From contig JBJBDL010000003.1 in the NCBI GenBank assembly GCA_047285305.1, positions 1,888,001-1,952,000 on the forward strand: 64,000 bases of DNA. The letters run 5' to 3'. The stretch comes from Synechococcus sp. Its GTDB lineage: Bacteria; Cyanobacteriota; Cyanobacteriia; PCC-6307; Cyanobiaceae. The notes under the pieces are model-generated. The model was given only the letters and a program-made list of their open reading frames with translations, was not told the DNA's origin and searched no databases. The position numbers and the translations under genes are program-made. Positions 46,947-56,832 of this stretch are shown here, in pieces; within the stretch, counting starts at the first letter, position 1; the number at the start of each line of letters is the position of its first letter.

Positions 46947-47534
46947 TCAGTCGACCAACTTGGGATCGATCTCAGCCAAATAGCGAGCCTCGCAGCTCTT
47001 GATGATTTCAACTGCCTTTTCATTGCCGAAGAAACCGTTCACCGAGCAGGTGCCAGGCTTCTTCAGATCTTTGTAGTGCTCCCAGTAGTAGGTGGTCTCT
47101 TTCTTCCAGTGCTCACCGAGATCTTCCCAGCTCTTGATGTGATCCATGCGCTTGTCGTCGGCAAGCACAGCAATCACCTTGTCGTCGACTTCACCACCAT
47201 CATCGAAAGTCATCACTCCGATGATGCGGGCTTCCACAATCGAACCGGGAATCAGGGGCTCGGTGACACCAACGATTTCGATGTCGAGGGGATCGCCATC
47301 TTCATCCCAGGTGCGGGGGATGCATCCGTAGGCGAAGGGGTAAGCCAGCGAGGAGTAACCAACGCGGTCCAGCTTGAGATGGCCAGTTTCGGTGATCAGC
47401 TCGTACTTGTTGATCGTGTTGGAGTTGAGCTCCACGATCGTGTTGAGACGAAGTTCGGCTTCATCAGCGAAGGCCGGCAGCACGTGCAGCAGGTTGGGCA
47501 TGCTGCGGCTGGGTGCCTGATCGAGGTTGGCCAT
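46947..47534 (-). CDS. ppa: Family I inorganic pyrophosphatase with intact active site
   Basis: NKYE, LDR, DEDGDPLD, DDGGEVDDK and HYKDLK. Confidence 0.95.
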   Translation of the reverse strand: MANLDQAPSRSMPNLLHVLPAFADEAELRLNTIVELNSNTINKYELITETGHLKLDRVGYSSLAYPFAYGCIPRTWDEDGDPLDIEIVGVTEPLIPGSIVEARIIGVMTFDDGGEVDDKVIAVLADDKRMDHIKSWEDLGEHWKKETTYYWEHYKDLKKPGTCSVNGFFGNEKAVEIIKSCEARYLAEIDPKLVD

Positions 47535-47596
47535 AAACGGCGATGGACAGCGCGGCGCATCCTACGGGCCCCCTCCGCCCGTCAAGTTTCACGCGA

Positions 47597-49105
47597 CTAG
47601 GGGGCCGGTTGCAGCCGATCAAGTTTGTTCTCCAAATAGTCGAGGAAGGCATCGGTACTGAGGGGCCGACCTGTGACCCTGTCCACCAGTTGATCGGCAT
47701 TCACACTCCGGCCGAGCGGGTGAACGTGCTCACGCAGCCAAGCCAGCAAGGGCGTGACATCGCCGCGCTCCAAATACTCCTCAGGAGACCCGATAGCCTC
47801 CGCCATCGCTTCGCTCAACTGTGCACTGATCAAGTGCCCCAACAGATACGAGGGGAAATAGCCAAACAGGCCTTCACTCCAGTGCACATCTTGAAGGCAT
47901 CCCTCGGCATCGTTCATCGGCCGCACCCCCAGGAGCTCCTGGTAGCGCCGGTTCCATTCGTCAGGGAGATCCTTCACCGCCAAACCCTGCTCCAGCAAAG
48001 CAATTTCAAGATCCGTGCGGATCAGGATGTGCAAGCCATAGCTGAGTTCATCGGCCTCAACCCGGTTCAAACCAGGCGCCATCGGATTCAACGCCTGCCA
48101 CATGTCCTGGGCGCCGCTGAAGGGAGCCCCCACCTGAGCAAAACGCTTCCACCACTGCTCTGCGAACGGACGGCTCCGGGCAACACGGTTCTCCCAGAAC
48201 AGCGACTGACTTTCATGCACCGCCATCGAAGTGGCCTGTCCTAACGGCCAGGCAAACCATTGGTGACTCTGGTCGGGCAACCCCTGTTCGTAGAGGGAAT
48301 GGCCCCATTCATGGGCGGTGGCGAGGAAACACGACAACGGCTGTCCTGGCACTACACGCGTAGTGATGCGGTAATCCGCCGGTCCCAGCGTGATCGAAAA
48401 GGGGTGAGGCGAGCGTGCCATGCAGGTGATGGCGGGATTGCGGCCCCAGGCACCGAGTAGCTCATCACAGAGATCTTGCTGGCTGGACTCCTCGAGATCC
48501 CAGTCCGCTGATCGTGGGCGTGGCCGGGTGGATGCCTGAGCGACCAATTGCGGCAACCTTTGCCGCAACGGAGCAAACAAGGCCTCGAGACGCTCTAGAC
48601 GAAGATCCGGTTCGAAGGGTTGCGCCAGGGTCTCCCAACAGGAGCGCGGCTCATCCAGCTGTTTGGCCTGCTCCTGACGCAAGTCAATCAGGGTCTGAAG
48701 CGCCGGTGCGAAGAGGCTGAAATCAGAGGCCGATCGAGCCTGCTGCCACCGGTTGTAACCCTCGGCCTTGGCTTTGGCCAAGGCGGCAACGAGAGCTGGA
48801 TCAAGGGACTGCTGCCGCTGCAGGTCCTGTTCCAGCAGATCCAGATTGCGGCCCTGCTCAGGGCATCGCTCGCCGGAGTTCCAGTGCTGACGCGCTTCGA
48901 CTAGCAGATCCGCATAGGCCGCAGAGCTCTGACGAGCATGAAGCTGGGTCGCCAGCAGCGTGAGCTGCTCACCCCGCCAGGACGCCCCGGCAGAGGGCAT
49001 GCGGGTGTTCTGGTCCCAGTACAAGGTGCTCTGAATCGAGCCGAGAAGCTGCGTCTCTCTCAAATGGGCTCCCAGCTGCCCCCAAGCCATTGCGGCAGAA
49101 GCCAT
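47597..49105 (-). CDS. Carboxypeptidase, M32 family
   Basis: HPF, RITTR, HEWGH, HESQS, GCLQDVHW and GYFPSY. Confidence 0.95.
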   Translation of the reverse strand: MASAAMAWGQLGAHLRETQLLGSIQSTLYWDQNTRMPSAGASWRGEQLTLLATQLHARQSSAAYADLLVEARQHWNSGERCPEQGRNLDLLEQDLQRQQSLDPALVAALAKAKAEGYNRWQQARSASDFSLFAPALQTLIDLRQEQAKQLDEPRSCWETLAQPFEPDLRLERLEALFAPLRQRLPQLVAQASTRPRPRSADWDLEESSQQDLCDELLGAWGRNPAITCMARSPHPFSITLGPADYRITTRVVPGQPLSCFLATAHEWGHSLYEQGLPDQSHQWFAWPLGQATSMAVHESQSLFWENRVARSRPFAEQWWKRFAQVGAPFSGAQDMWQALNPMAPGLNRVEADELSYGLHILIRTDLEIALLEQGLAVKDLPDEWNRRYQELLGVRPMNDAEGCLQDVHWSEGLFGYFPSYLLGHLISAQLSEAMAEAIGSPEEYLERGDVTPLLAWLREHVHPLGRSVNADQLVDRVTGRPLSTDAFLDYLENKLDRLQPAP

Positions 49106-49158
49106 CTAGCTCCATTTTTCGTCACCTTAACGACACCCGGAGTGGCATCGCAGCAGCG

Positions 49159-49296
49159 ATGCAGGCCATGGTGAAGCGGTTCAGACGTTCTGGACCTATG
49201 CGCCGATTGATGCTGCAGGCGGCACTGGGAATCGCCCTGCCCATGGCTCTCTGGCCGCTCAAGCTGATTTACCGACAACCGCAGACCGTTCGATAG
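49159..49296 (+). CDS. Possible small membrane protein
   Basis: Basic N-terminus plus one hydrophobic stretch; fills an intergenic gap. Confidence 0.3.
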   Translation: MQAMVKRFRRSGPMRRLMLQAALGIALPMALWPLKLIYRQPQTVR

Positions 49297-49303
49297 GAAC
49301 CGG

Positions 49304-49711
49304 TCAGTTCATCTCGCAGCGGCCTTGGCACAGGGTCTCAAGGTCGGCGCGCCCGGTTATCTGAAGGCGACGGGCGGCCCAAATCCCATAGACCCAATCG
49401 AACACGCTGCCGATCAAGGGCCAGCGGGTCGGTGCGTAGAGCCACCCCAGACCAATCAGGCGATAGGCCTCACGGAAGACGGCCACATCACGCAGCACCT
49501 CTCCGGAGCCAGTGATGGCATGAATGCGGCCCATGGCCACCCGGTAACTGATGCCGGCATGGGCCTCTGCGACGTAACCATGGGCATCAATGTCGACAAA
49601 AGCCAGGCGGGCCTGACGGTCACGCCGCTGCAGAAACCGAACTTCGCGCACACACAATGGACAACCTCCGTCGAACAGCAGGGTCAGTTCTGGGGCAGAA
49701 GGGCTGGCCAT
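49304..49711 (-). CDS. DCC1-like thiol-disulfide oxidoreductase (DUF393)
   Basis: LFDGGCPLC (DxxCxxC) motif. Confidence 0.9.
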   Translation of the reverse strand: MASPSAPELTLLFDGGCPLCVREVRFLQRRDRQARLAFVDIDAHGYVAEAHAGISYRVAMGRIHAITGSGEVLRDVAVFREAYRLIGLGWLYAPTRWPLIGSVFDWVYGIWAARRLQITGRADLETLCQGRCEMN

Positions 49712-49763
49712 GGACTAAGACGTTGCTTCAGCACGCAAAGTAAGGAAAGAACGCTGGAGAGCG

Positions 49764-50381
49764 GTGGGCGTGCAGCAGATCCTGCATCAGATCACAGTTC
49801 AAACCCCGGGGAGGGGCTTCACCAGGCTGGACGGGCGGTTGAACTCCTGGATCCGCAGCACGGGTCTGGACCAGGGCGTTCTGCATCTCACCTGTCTGCA
49901 CACCAGCGCCAGCCTCACCATTAACGAGAACGCCGATCCACGGGTGCTGCAGGACCTGGATGCATGGATGGCCGATATCGTTCCAGAACACCGCCGTTAT
50001 CTCCATGACGACGAAGGAGCCGATGACATGCCGGCCCACATCCGAACCGCGCTCACCAGCCAGACCCTGAGCCTCAGCGTCAGCAGGGGGCAACTGCTGC
50101 TGGGCACCTGGCAAGCCGTTTACCTCTGGGAGCACCGAAGCGCTGCTCATACCAGAACGATCGCCTGCCACCTGTTCGGTGAATCCTCCAGCCGCCCCAC
50201 CCCTGAGAGCACCACGCAGAACACTTCAGCCACGCCGCAAACCCTATTGAACCTGCGCAATGGCGAACGGATCAATCAAGCCATTCAGGCCCGCCACAAC
50301 CCCAACACCTGGGAAACCGATGACGGCATCGATACCGACACCGATCTGATGATTGATCGATTGCATGACCTGAGCGACTGA
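49764..50381 (+). CDS. YjbQ (UPF0047) family protein with C-terminal extension
   Basis: HTSASLTINENADP, EGADDMPAHI and LGTWQ; about 65 extra residues. Confidence 0.88.
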   Translation: MGVQQILHQITVQTPGRGFTRLDGRLNSWIRSTGLDQGVLHLTCLHTSASLTINENADPRVLQDLDAWMADIVPEHRRYLHDDEGADDMPAHIRTALTSQTLSLSVSRGQLLLGTWQAVYLWEHRSAAHTRTIACHLFGESSSRPTPESTTQNTSATPQTLLNLRNGERINQAIQARHNPNTWETDDGIDTDTDLMIDRLHDLSD

Positions 50382-50423
50382 CGACCGGCTCCAGCCACGA
50401 TGGAGGGGTGATTCAGGGCTTAC

Positions 50424-50714
50424 ATGCCAGTTGAACCTCTCGATGCCGCCCAGAAGTCGGCACTCAGCACAACCCTGCCCAATTGGGTTGTGAACGGAGA
50501 CAGGCTGCACCGCGATCTGCAGTTCAACAGCTTCGTGGAGGCCTTTGGGTTCATGGCACAGGTGGCCTTGCTGGCCGAATCCAAAAATCACCATCCGAAC
50601 TGGAGCAACGTCTACAACCGCGTTTCAATCGACCTGACCACCCATGATCTCGGCGGCCTCAGCAGCCTGGATGTAGAGCTGGCCAGCGACATTGACGCTC
50701 TGCTGCCAGCATGA
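50424..50714 (+). CDS. phhB: Pterin-4a-carbinolamine dehydratase
   Basis: AFGFM, NHHPNW and LTTHD..GLS..D. Confidence 0.9.
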   Translation: MPVEPLDAAQKSALSTTLPNWVVNGDRLHRDLQFNSFVEAFGFMAQVALLAESKNHHPNWSNVYNRVSIDLTTHDLGGLSSLDVELASDIDALLPA

Positions 50715-50727
50715 GTCGAACGGGTCC

Positions 50728-51849
50728 ATGCGCATGATCACCGCACCAGCCAGTCCGGGCGTCCCGGTCACCATTCTCAGCGGCTTCCTCGGAGCAGGAA
50801 AAACCACGCTGCTGAATCACATCCTGAGCAATCAGCAGGGGGTAAAGACCGCAGTGCTGGTGAATGAGTTCGGTGAAATCGGGATCGACAACGATCTGGT
50901 CGTCACCACCGATGAAGACATGGTGGAGCTGAGCAATGGGTGCATCTGCTGCTCGATCAACGGCGAGCTGATGGAGGCGGTGGAACGGGTGATTGAACGT
51001 CCGGAGCCGCTCGATTACATCGTCGTCGAAACCACCGGCCTGGCCGATCCCCTGCCGGTGGCCATGACCTTCCTTGGCAGTGAGCTGCGGGACCAAACCC
51101 GCCTCGATTCGATCATCACCTTGATCGATGCAGAAAACTTCGACGACGTCGTGCTGGACACGGAAGTTGGCCGGGCCCAGGTGATTTATGGCGACATCCT
51201 GCTGCTGAACAAGTGCGACCTCGTCTCCGAGGAGCGGCTTGAGACCGTCGAAGAGCAACTCAGAGCCGTCAAGAACGATGCGCGGATCCTGCGGTCGGTG
51301 AAAGGAGAGGTGCCCCTTGCCCTGTTGCTCAGTGTCGGACTGTTCGAATCCGACAAGGTGTGTTCCCCCGCCGACGATCCGAGCCTGGATCACAGCGACT
51401 GCGACCACGACCATGGCCACTGCAGCCACGACCATGGGGACGATCACAGCCATGGGGACGATCACAGCCATGGGGACGATCACAGCCATGGGGACGGACA
51501 CCATCACCATGGCCACAGCCATAGCCACAACGACCATCAGGACATCGAGGGATTCACCTCCCTGTCCTTCCAAAGTGATGGCCCCTTCGCATTGCGCAAA
51601 TTCCAGAACTTCCTGGACAACCAAATGCCCCAGGAGGTGTTCCGGGCCAAGGGAATCCTCTGGTTCAACGAAAGCGAACGCCGACATGTGTTCCATCTGG
51701 CGGGCAAACGCTTTTCCATCGACGACACCGACTGGACCGGTGATCGCAAAAATCAATTGGTGCTGATCGGCCGCAACATCGACCACAACAAACTGCGGGA
51801 GCAACTCAAGGCCTGTGTGGCACCGGATGCAGGAAAAGGTTTCAGCTGA
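50728..51849 (+). CDS. COG0523/CobW-family metallochaperone GTPase with His-rich insert
   Basis: GFLGAGKT, NEFG, GCICC, ETTGLA, NKCD and RAKG. Confidence 0.93.
   Translation: MRMITAPASPGVPVTILSGFLGAGKTTLLNHILSNQQGVKTAVLVNEFGEIGIDNDLVVTTDEDMVELSNGCICCSINGELMEAVERVIERPEPLDYIVVETTGLADPLPVAMTFLGSELRDQTRLDSIITLIDAENFDDVVLDTEVGRAQVIYGDILLLNKCDLVSEERLETVEEQLRAVKNDARILRSVKGEVPLALLLSVGLFESDKVCSPADDPSLDHSDCDHDHGHCSHDHGDDHSHGDDHSHGDDHSHGDGHHHHGHSHSHNDHQDIEGFTSLSFQSDGPFALRKFQNFLDNQMPQEVFRAKGILWFNESERRHVFHLAGKRFSIDDTDWTGDRKNQLVLIGRNIDHNKLREQLKACVAPDAGKGFS
51433..51496 (+). repeat. 18-bp tandem repeat (3.5 copies) encoding HGDDHS
   Basis: CATGGGGACGATCACAGC exact at 51433, 51451 and 51469, plus a 10-nt partial copy at 51487. 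Confidence 0.95.
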
Positions 51850-51902
51850 TTCAGCAGAACCAGGGAATGGTGCTTATTCTGCGCTTCACGGGACAAACCT
51901 CA

Positions 51903-52049
51903 ATGGTCGAACCACTGCTGCTCGGAACGGTTTTTGTTCTCGCCAGCTTGCTGCTGTGGCTTCTGGCTGATTCCGACGATGACAACGGCGGTGGTGGCTT
52001 ACGCCAGCCGGTACTTGTGCCCATCCCGGTGCGTCATCACCAACGCTGA
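51903..52049 (+). CDS. 48-aa single-TM protein with DDDNGGGG-QPV tail
   Basis: TM helix followed by SDDDNGGGGLRQPVLVP; followed by a terminator. Confidence 0.6.
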   Translation: MVEPLLLGTVFVLASLLLWLLADSDDDNGGGGLRQPVLVPIPVRHHQR

Positions 52050-52071
52050 AGACATCAATTCTTTTTCCTCA

Positions 52072-52098
52072 ATCCTCCGCTGCGGCGGGGGATTTTTT
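52072..52098 (+). terminator. Intrinsic terminator
   Basis: ATCCTCCGC-TGCG-GCGGGGGAT stem followed by a T-run. Confidence 0.75.
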
Positions 52099-53167
52099 AT
52101 GCCAACGCCTGGCCAAGCGGAAGCAGCGTGACTCTGGCCCCATCCCTGAAGCTGAGGCGACAACGGGTGTGGGGGGGATGCTCCTGTTCGATCGAACAGT
52201 GGGCCCGCACCATCACTTCCGCGACACGGATTCGGTACTCCCATGCATCCCCCAGAAATTCACGACCCAGGACGCTGGCCTCTCCTTCGGCATCGGCGAC
52301 GACATTGATGTCATGCGGATCCACCAGCAAACAACAGTCACCGGAGGCTTTGCGGTCCGCCTGGACCCATGGGGCAGATTCATCCAGGTCTCCCAAGAGA
52401 CAAGACAACTGTCCTTGGCTATGGGCCTGAACCGGAATCAAATTGCGCTGGAGCACAAAGGATCCAACAAAAGGCGTCGCCGGTGATCTGACGATCTCGG
52501 GGGGCGATGCACATTGATGCAGCACGCCATCCCGCATGACGGCCACGCGATCGCAAATCGCCAGAGCTTCTCCTGGGTCATGGGTGACGATCACGCCGCT
52601 TGCACCGCAGGCGTCCAGCACGGAGGAGAGCTCACTGCGCAGGCGGAGCCTCACCTCCACATCAAGGCTTGAAAAAGGCTCATCAAGCAGAACAACCCTT
52701 GGCGCTGGGGCCAAAGCGCGTGCCAACGCCAGCCGCTGCCGCTGGCCACCGGAAAGCTGGTGCGGGTAGCGCTGCTCGAGCCCCTTCAGCCCCAGCAACT
52801 CAAACAACCAGGCCACGCGCTCACGGTTGGGATTCAGCCGGGGCAAACCGAAACTGGCGTTCTGCCAAGCGTTCAGGTGAGGAAATAGGGCGTAATCCTG
52901 GAACACCATGCCAACGCCCCGACGTTCCGGTTCCATCCAGATCCCATCTCCAGCCACCATGCGCTGATCCAGCTGCACCGTGCCGCGCCGAGGGCGTTCA
53001 AAGCCAGCGATCAAGCGAAGCAGAGTGGTCTTGCCACAGCCGGAGGGGCCCAGCAGGCCAAGCAGCTCCCCTGGCGCCACCTGGAGATCCACCCCTTTCA
53101 GGGTCCAGCCGTCAGAGGCATCGCCGTAGCTGTGCCAGACCCCGTTTAAAGCAACCGTTGGCTCCAT
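52097..53167 (-). CDS. futC: Fe(III) ABC transporter ATPase
   Basis: GPSGCGKT, VFQDYALFPHL, LSGGQ and LLDEPFS; divergent from the iron permease. Confidence 0.88.
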   Translation of the reverse strand: MEPTVALNGVWHSYGDASDGWTLKGVDLQVAPGELLGLLGPSGCGKTTLLRLIAGFERPRRGTVQLDQRMVAGDGIWMEPERRGVGMVFQDYALFPHLNAWQNASFGLPRLNPNRERVAWLFELLGLKGLEQRYPHQLSGGQRQRLALARALAPAPRVVLLDEPFSSLDVEVRLRLRSELSSVLDACGASGVIVTHDPGEALAICDRVAVMRDGVLHQCASPPEIVRSPATPFVGSFVLQRNLIPVQAHSQGQLSCLLGDLDESAPWVQADRKASGDCCLLVDPHDINVVADAEGEASVLGREFLGDAWEYRIRVAEVMVRAHCSIEQEHPPHTRCRLSFRDGARVTLLPLGQALA

Positions 53168-53354
53168 CGGGAGCAGCTGTTCCACAGATCAGATGAAGCT
53201 TGGGAACCGACCGAGCTTATGAGTGTGACAAATGATCGAAGCCGGTGTGCGGTTTGCACGCCCTGAATCAGATCCCCATCGTTCATCGCCAGACTCGTTC
53301 CATGGCAATGTCGCAACGCCATGTCGCGACAACGGTGTCCGGCCCATCGCTGAA

Positions 53355-54926
53355 GTGAAGTTGCTGCCCAACCGGAGTGTTGTTCCAAGCCCAACCCGGC
53401 TGGCCCTGATCCTGATCGCCTCCATCACGGGCCTGGTTGCCATCTGGCCGGTACTGACGCTGGTGAGGGAGGCCCTGACGTCTTGGCATAGCGGCTTCAG
53501 CGATCTTGGCCCCGATGGCATGCGCCAGATCGTTGGCACCATTCAGCTGCTGCTCGGAACAGCAACGCTGGGCACCTTGCTTGGCACAGCGAACGGTTGG
53601 CTGCTGTGCAACTGCCGTTTTCCTGGGCGGCAATGGCTGCGCATCGCCCAGCTGATTCCCCTGGCAGCGCCGGCCTATCTCCTCTCGGCGATCCTCGTTG
53701 ATCTGGGCAGTCGCCACAGCTGGACCATTCACGGCATGGGGTGGGGGATCGCAGTGATGACCCTGACGACCTACCCCTATGTGTTCCTGCTGAGCACTGA
53801 AAGTTTCTCAGTCAGCGGCCAGCGTCAGCTGGAGGCATGCCGGAGCCTGGGGGTCGGTCCCTGGTCAGCCTTCCGGCGTGTGGCCTTACCCATTGCACTG
53901 CCCGCGATCGGAGCCGGCGTCGCTCTCATGGGAATGGAAGTGGTCAATGAGCTGGGTGCCGTGCAGCTTCTCGGCATCCCAAGTCTCTCCGCGGGCATCC
54001 TGGAAACCTGGCAGTCCAACGGCGATCCGGCAGGCGCCATCAGCTTGGCCTTGATCACACTGGTGATCGTGTTGACGTTGGTGGTGTGTGAACGCAGCCT
54101 GCGCAGGCGCAGTCGGCGCTGGAGCGATGGTGTGGCCGGCGGAGACGCAACCGCTTGGCACCTGCATGGATTCCGTGCTGGGGTGGCGCAACTGCTCGCC
54201 GTAATCCCTCCGATCGTGAGCCTGGGCACCCCACTGCTGTGGGTCGCCAGCAACTTGGATCAGCTCCAAAGCAGTTGGAACGACGATCTGATCAGCCTGA
54301 GCGGCCGCAGTCTTTTGCTGGCTCTAGTCGCTGCTGTTTTGGCGGTAACGGCAGCGCTGGTGCTGGCCATCGCCAAACGCTGGTCCAGCGCCCCATGGCT
54401 GAAAAGCCTCACCTTCCTGGCCGGGACGGGCTACGCCATCCCCGGCACGGTGCTGGCTCTGGCGCTTTTGCTCACTGGCGCCCCCTGGCAGGTCGCCCCC
54501 TTGCTCCTGCTGCTGTGGGGCTACAGCGATCGATTTCTGGCGGTGGCGAAAGGAGGCCTGGACGCAGCCCTGGAACGGATCAGCCCGAGCCTCGATGAGG
54601 CGGCGACGGGGATGGGATCACCGTGGCAGCGCGTGCTCCAACGGGTGCATCTGCCCCTTTTGCGCGGACCGATCACCGTCGGACTGCTGCTGGTGTTCGT
54701 GGACACGGTGAAAGAGCTTCCCCTCACCTTCGCCCTGCGGCCTTTTGACTTCGACACGCTCTCAGTGCGCGTATTCCAATACGCCGGCGATGAACGATTG
54801 GCCGAAGCGATGTTGCCGGCCCTGATGATCCTCGTTCTGGGGCTGATCGCCGCCATGGCCTTGGTGCCAACGTTGGATCACGCCTCCAGACGAGAGGGCT
54901 CGTCATCCCCGCAGCAACCGCTCTGA
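53355..54926 (+). CDS. futB: Fe(III) ABC transporter permease
   Basis: Two EAA repeats (LEACRSLG, LDEAATGMG) and KELPLTFALRPF; start approximate. Confidence 0.88.
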   Translation: MKLLPNRSVVPSPTRLALILIASITGLVAIWPVLTLVREALTSWHSGFSDLGPDGMRQIVGTIQLLLGTATLGTLLGTANGWLLCNCRFPGRQWLRIAQLIPLAAPAYLLSAILVDLGSRHSWTIHGMGWGIAVMTLTTYPYVFLLSTESFSVSGQRQLEACRSLGVGPWSAFRRVALPIALPAIGAGVALMGMEVVNELGAVQLLGIPSLSAGILETWQSNGDPAGAISLALITLVIVLTLVVCERSLRRRSRRWSDGVAGGDATAWHLHGFRAGVAQLLAVIPPIVSLGTPLLWVASNLDQLQSSWNDDLISLSGRSLLLALVAAVLAVTAALVLAIAKRWSSAPWLKSLTFLAGTGYAIPGTVLALALLLTGAPWQVAPLLLLLWGYSDRFLAVAKGGLDAALERISPSLDEAATGMGSPWQRVLQRVHLPLLRGPITVGLLLVFVDTVKELPLTFALRPFDFDTLSVRVFQYAGDERLAEAMLPALMILVLGLIAAMALVPTLDHASRREGSSSPQQPL

Positions 54927-55895
54927 TGCATTGCGCTGGAGCAAGCCAGCACGGGTGTTGAGACGGAGCGGGAGTGTTGACCAGGAGAGCGGCCGTCCTG
55001 TGGACACGGCGTAGGTGGTTTCACGGAGGGTGCCCCTACCCCCATCGATCTCCAACAAGGTGAAGGTCTGCTGTGCTGGCGCTTCACCATGCAACAGGCG
55101 CCGGGGGCCGCTGCCCAAGGCGCCGAGCTGGATCAGATCGAGCTGGCCACGACGGCTGGAGAACCAGGTGTGGTGATGGCCACTGATGTAGGCCTGCACG
55201 CCGGCGGCATCCATCAAGGCCTGAAGTGCACCTCCCCGCTCCAACACCTCACTGGGGCGATCCTTGCCCAGACCAACCCCAGCCAGGGGGAGATGACCCA
55301 CCACAAACCGAGCATGAGCCTTTTGTGCCTTGGTGCTGGCCAACTGCTGTTGTGCCCAGAGCAGCTGATCATCAGGAACACGGGCTGAGCTGGCATCCCA
55401 GACCAGCCAGAAGATCCCGTCCTGCAGCACCGAGTAGCGAAACGGGAACTGAGAGGCATCCACAAACGCCAATCCCATCCGTGAACGGATCGGGGTCCAG
55501 AACCGACGCAAAGCGGCACGATCCTCGGGGAAACCCGGTGAACCGTCATGGTTCCCGATCGCTGGCAGTAGTGGAATGTTCGCCGCCTGAAGCCGCTGCA
55601 GAACAGACGTATCAAAGCCCCGCCACATGGCATCCAGCTGCTGACTACTGAGGCCTCGCATCTGACCCGCGACCATGTCGCCAGCACACACCACCAGATC
55701 CGGCTGCAGGCCAATGAGCTGATCCAGCCCCTGATCAACGGCAGGGATGTAGCGGGTGGAGCCATAGCTGCTGTTGAGATCGCTGATCAGCCCAACCCGT
55801 TGAACAACTCCCCTGGCGGCGCTCAAGGGCAGGGCCGCTGCCGTGAAACCGGTGCCAAGCACCAACTGCAGCATCCGGCGACGACTCAGCAACAC
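54903..55895 (-). CDS. Tat-exported calcineurin-like metallophosphoesterase
   Basis: SRRRMLQL twin-arginine signal; SDLN, AGDMV, GNHD and SGHHH. Confidence 0.85.
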   Translation of the reverse strand: MLLSRRRMLQLVLGTGFTAAALPLSAARGVVQRVGLISDLNSSYGSTRYIPAVDQGLDQLIGLQPDLVVCAGDMVAGQMRGLSSQQLDAMWRGFDTSVLQRLQAANIPLLPAIGNHDGSPGFPEDRAALRRFWTPIRSRMGLAFVDASQFPFRYSVLQDGIFWLVWDASSARVPDDQLLWAQQQLASTKAQKAHARFVVGHLPLAGVGLGKDRPSEVLERGGALQALMDAAGVQAYISGHHHTWFSSRRGQLDLIQLGALGSGPRRLLHGEAPAQQTFTLLEIDGGRGTLRETTYAVSTGRPLSWSTLPLRLNTRAGLLQRNASERLLRG

Positions 55896-55908
55896 AACAA
55901 CACGGGGG

Positions 55909-56832
55909 TCAGCGGTGGCGTTTCAAACGTTGGCCCAGCATCCGATCGGCCACCAGTGCCCCGCTGGCAACAACATCGGCCAGGGTGGAGAGGAGTCGGT
56001 AGCTGAGAACCACCGCGAGCAACTGTGCCTCTGGCACGGCAGCACCCAAACGCAGCAGCAGGGTGGCCTCAAACACCCCGAGCCCCCCGGGGGCACCAGG
56101 CACCACCAGACCAACGGCATAGGCCAGACCAAAGGCCGCAAGCCAGGTAAATGGTGCCGGACTTTGAATGCCGAAGGCCTGCACGCTGCACCAGAACCCG
56201 GCAAAGCGGCAGAGCACAAACAGCAGCTGAAGGCCGAGGGGCCGCCAGGGATAGCCGCCGCGACCGCTTCCCTCACTTTCCAGGGGCCCACTCCAAACCG
56301 ACTGCAATTGCGCCGCCTTGGAACGCTCCAGTCGACGCAGAAGGGGCTCGCGCCAGCGGGAAATCATCAACAACGCGGGCCATGGAGCCAGCAGGGCAAG
56401 ACCCTGCTGCCATCCACCAGCAACCACAACAAGAACTGACGCCGCCACGATCAAGAGTGGATCAAGGATCACCCCGGCCAGGGCAGGGCCGCCGCCAATC
56501 GCCGGACGCAGCACCCGGACCCGCTCCACCAGATGCCAGATCCCTCCCGGTAGGTACTTGAGCAGGTTGCTCCGCACAAACAGCGGCACCACGGCAACCC
56601 CCTGGGGAGGATGTCTCAACCAGATCAGAAGGTCGCGCCAGGCCAGACCATTGATCAGGATGCTGAGCCAGGTGAGGCCCAGCCCCAGCCCCAGCCACCA
56701 CCAACCGTTGGCCACCAAGCTGAGCTGGCGAAGTTGGCCCGCCTGCTGGGCCAGAGCCACAGCGATGAAGATCAGGCTGGCCAGCGTGATCCAGAGCTTG
56801 GGTTGACGGAGAACCTTGCCCATCAGGCCCAA
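55909..56832 (-). CDS. UPF0104/lysylphosphatidylglycerol-synthase-like membrane protein
   Basis: KYLPGGIW, APGGLGVFE and YRL motifs; multi-TM. Confidence 0.85.
   Translation of the reverse strand: MGLMGKVLRQPKLWITLASLIFIAVALAQQAGQLRQLSLVANGWWWLGLGLGLTWLSILINGLAWRDLLIWLRHPPQGVAVVPLFVRSNLLKYLPGGIWHLVERVRVLRPAIGGGPALAGVILDPLLIVAASVLVVVAGGWQQGLALLAPWPALLMISRWREPLLRRLERSKAAQLQSVWSGPLESEGSGRGGYPWRPLGLQLLFVLCRFAGFWCSVQAFGIQSPAPFTWLAAFGLAYAVGLVVPGAPGGLGVFEATLLLRLGAAVPEAQLLAVVLSYRLLSTLADVVASGALVADRMLGQRLKRHR

Noticed and set aside
50424..50714. Rubisco assembly factor (PCD-like acRAF/Raf2)
   Set aside because: The catalytic HHP motif is intact and no carboxysome genes are nearby, so an ordinary pterin dehydratase is more likely
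51400..51540. CRISPR-like array
   Set aside because: Repeats are head-to-tail without spacers, in frame within a CDS, and no cas genes are present
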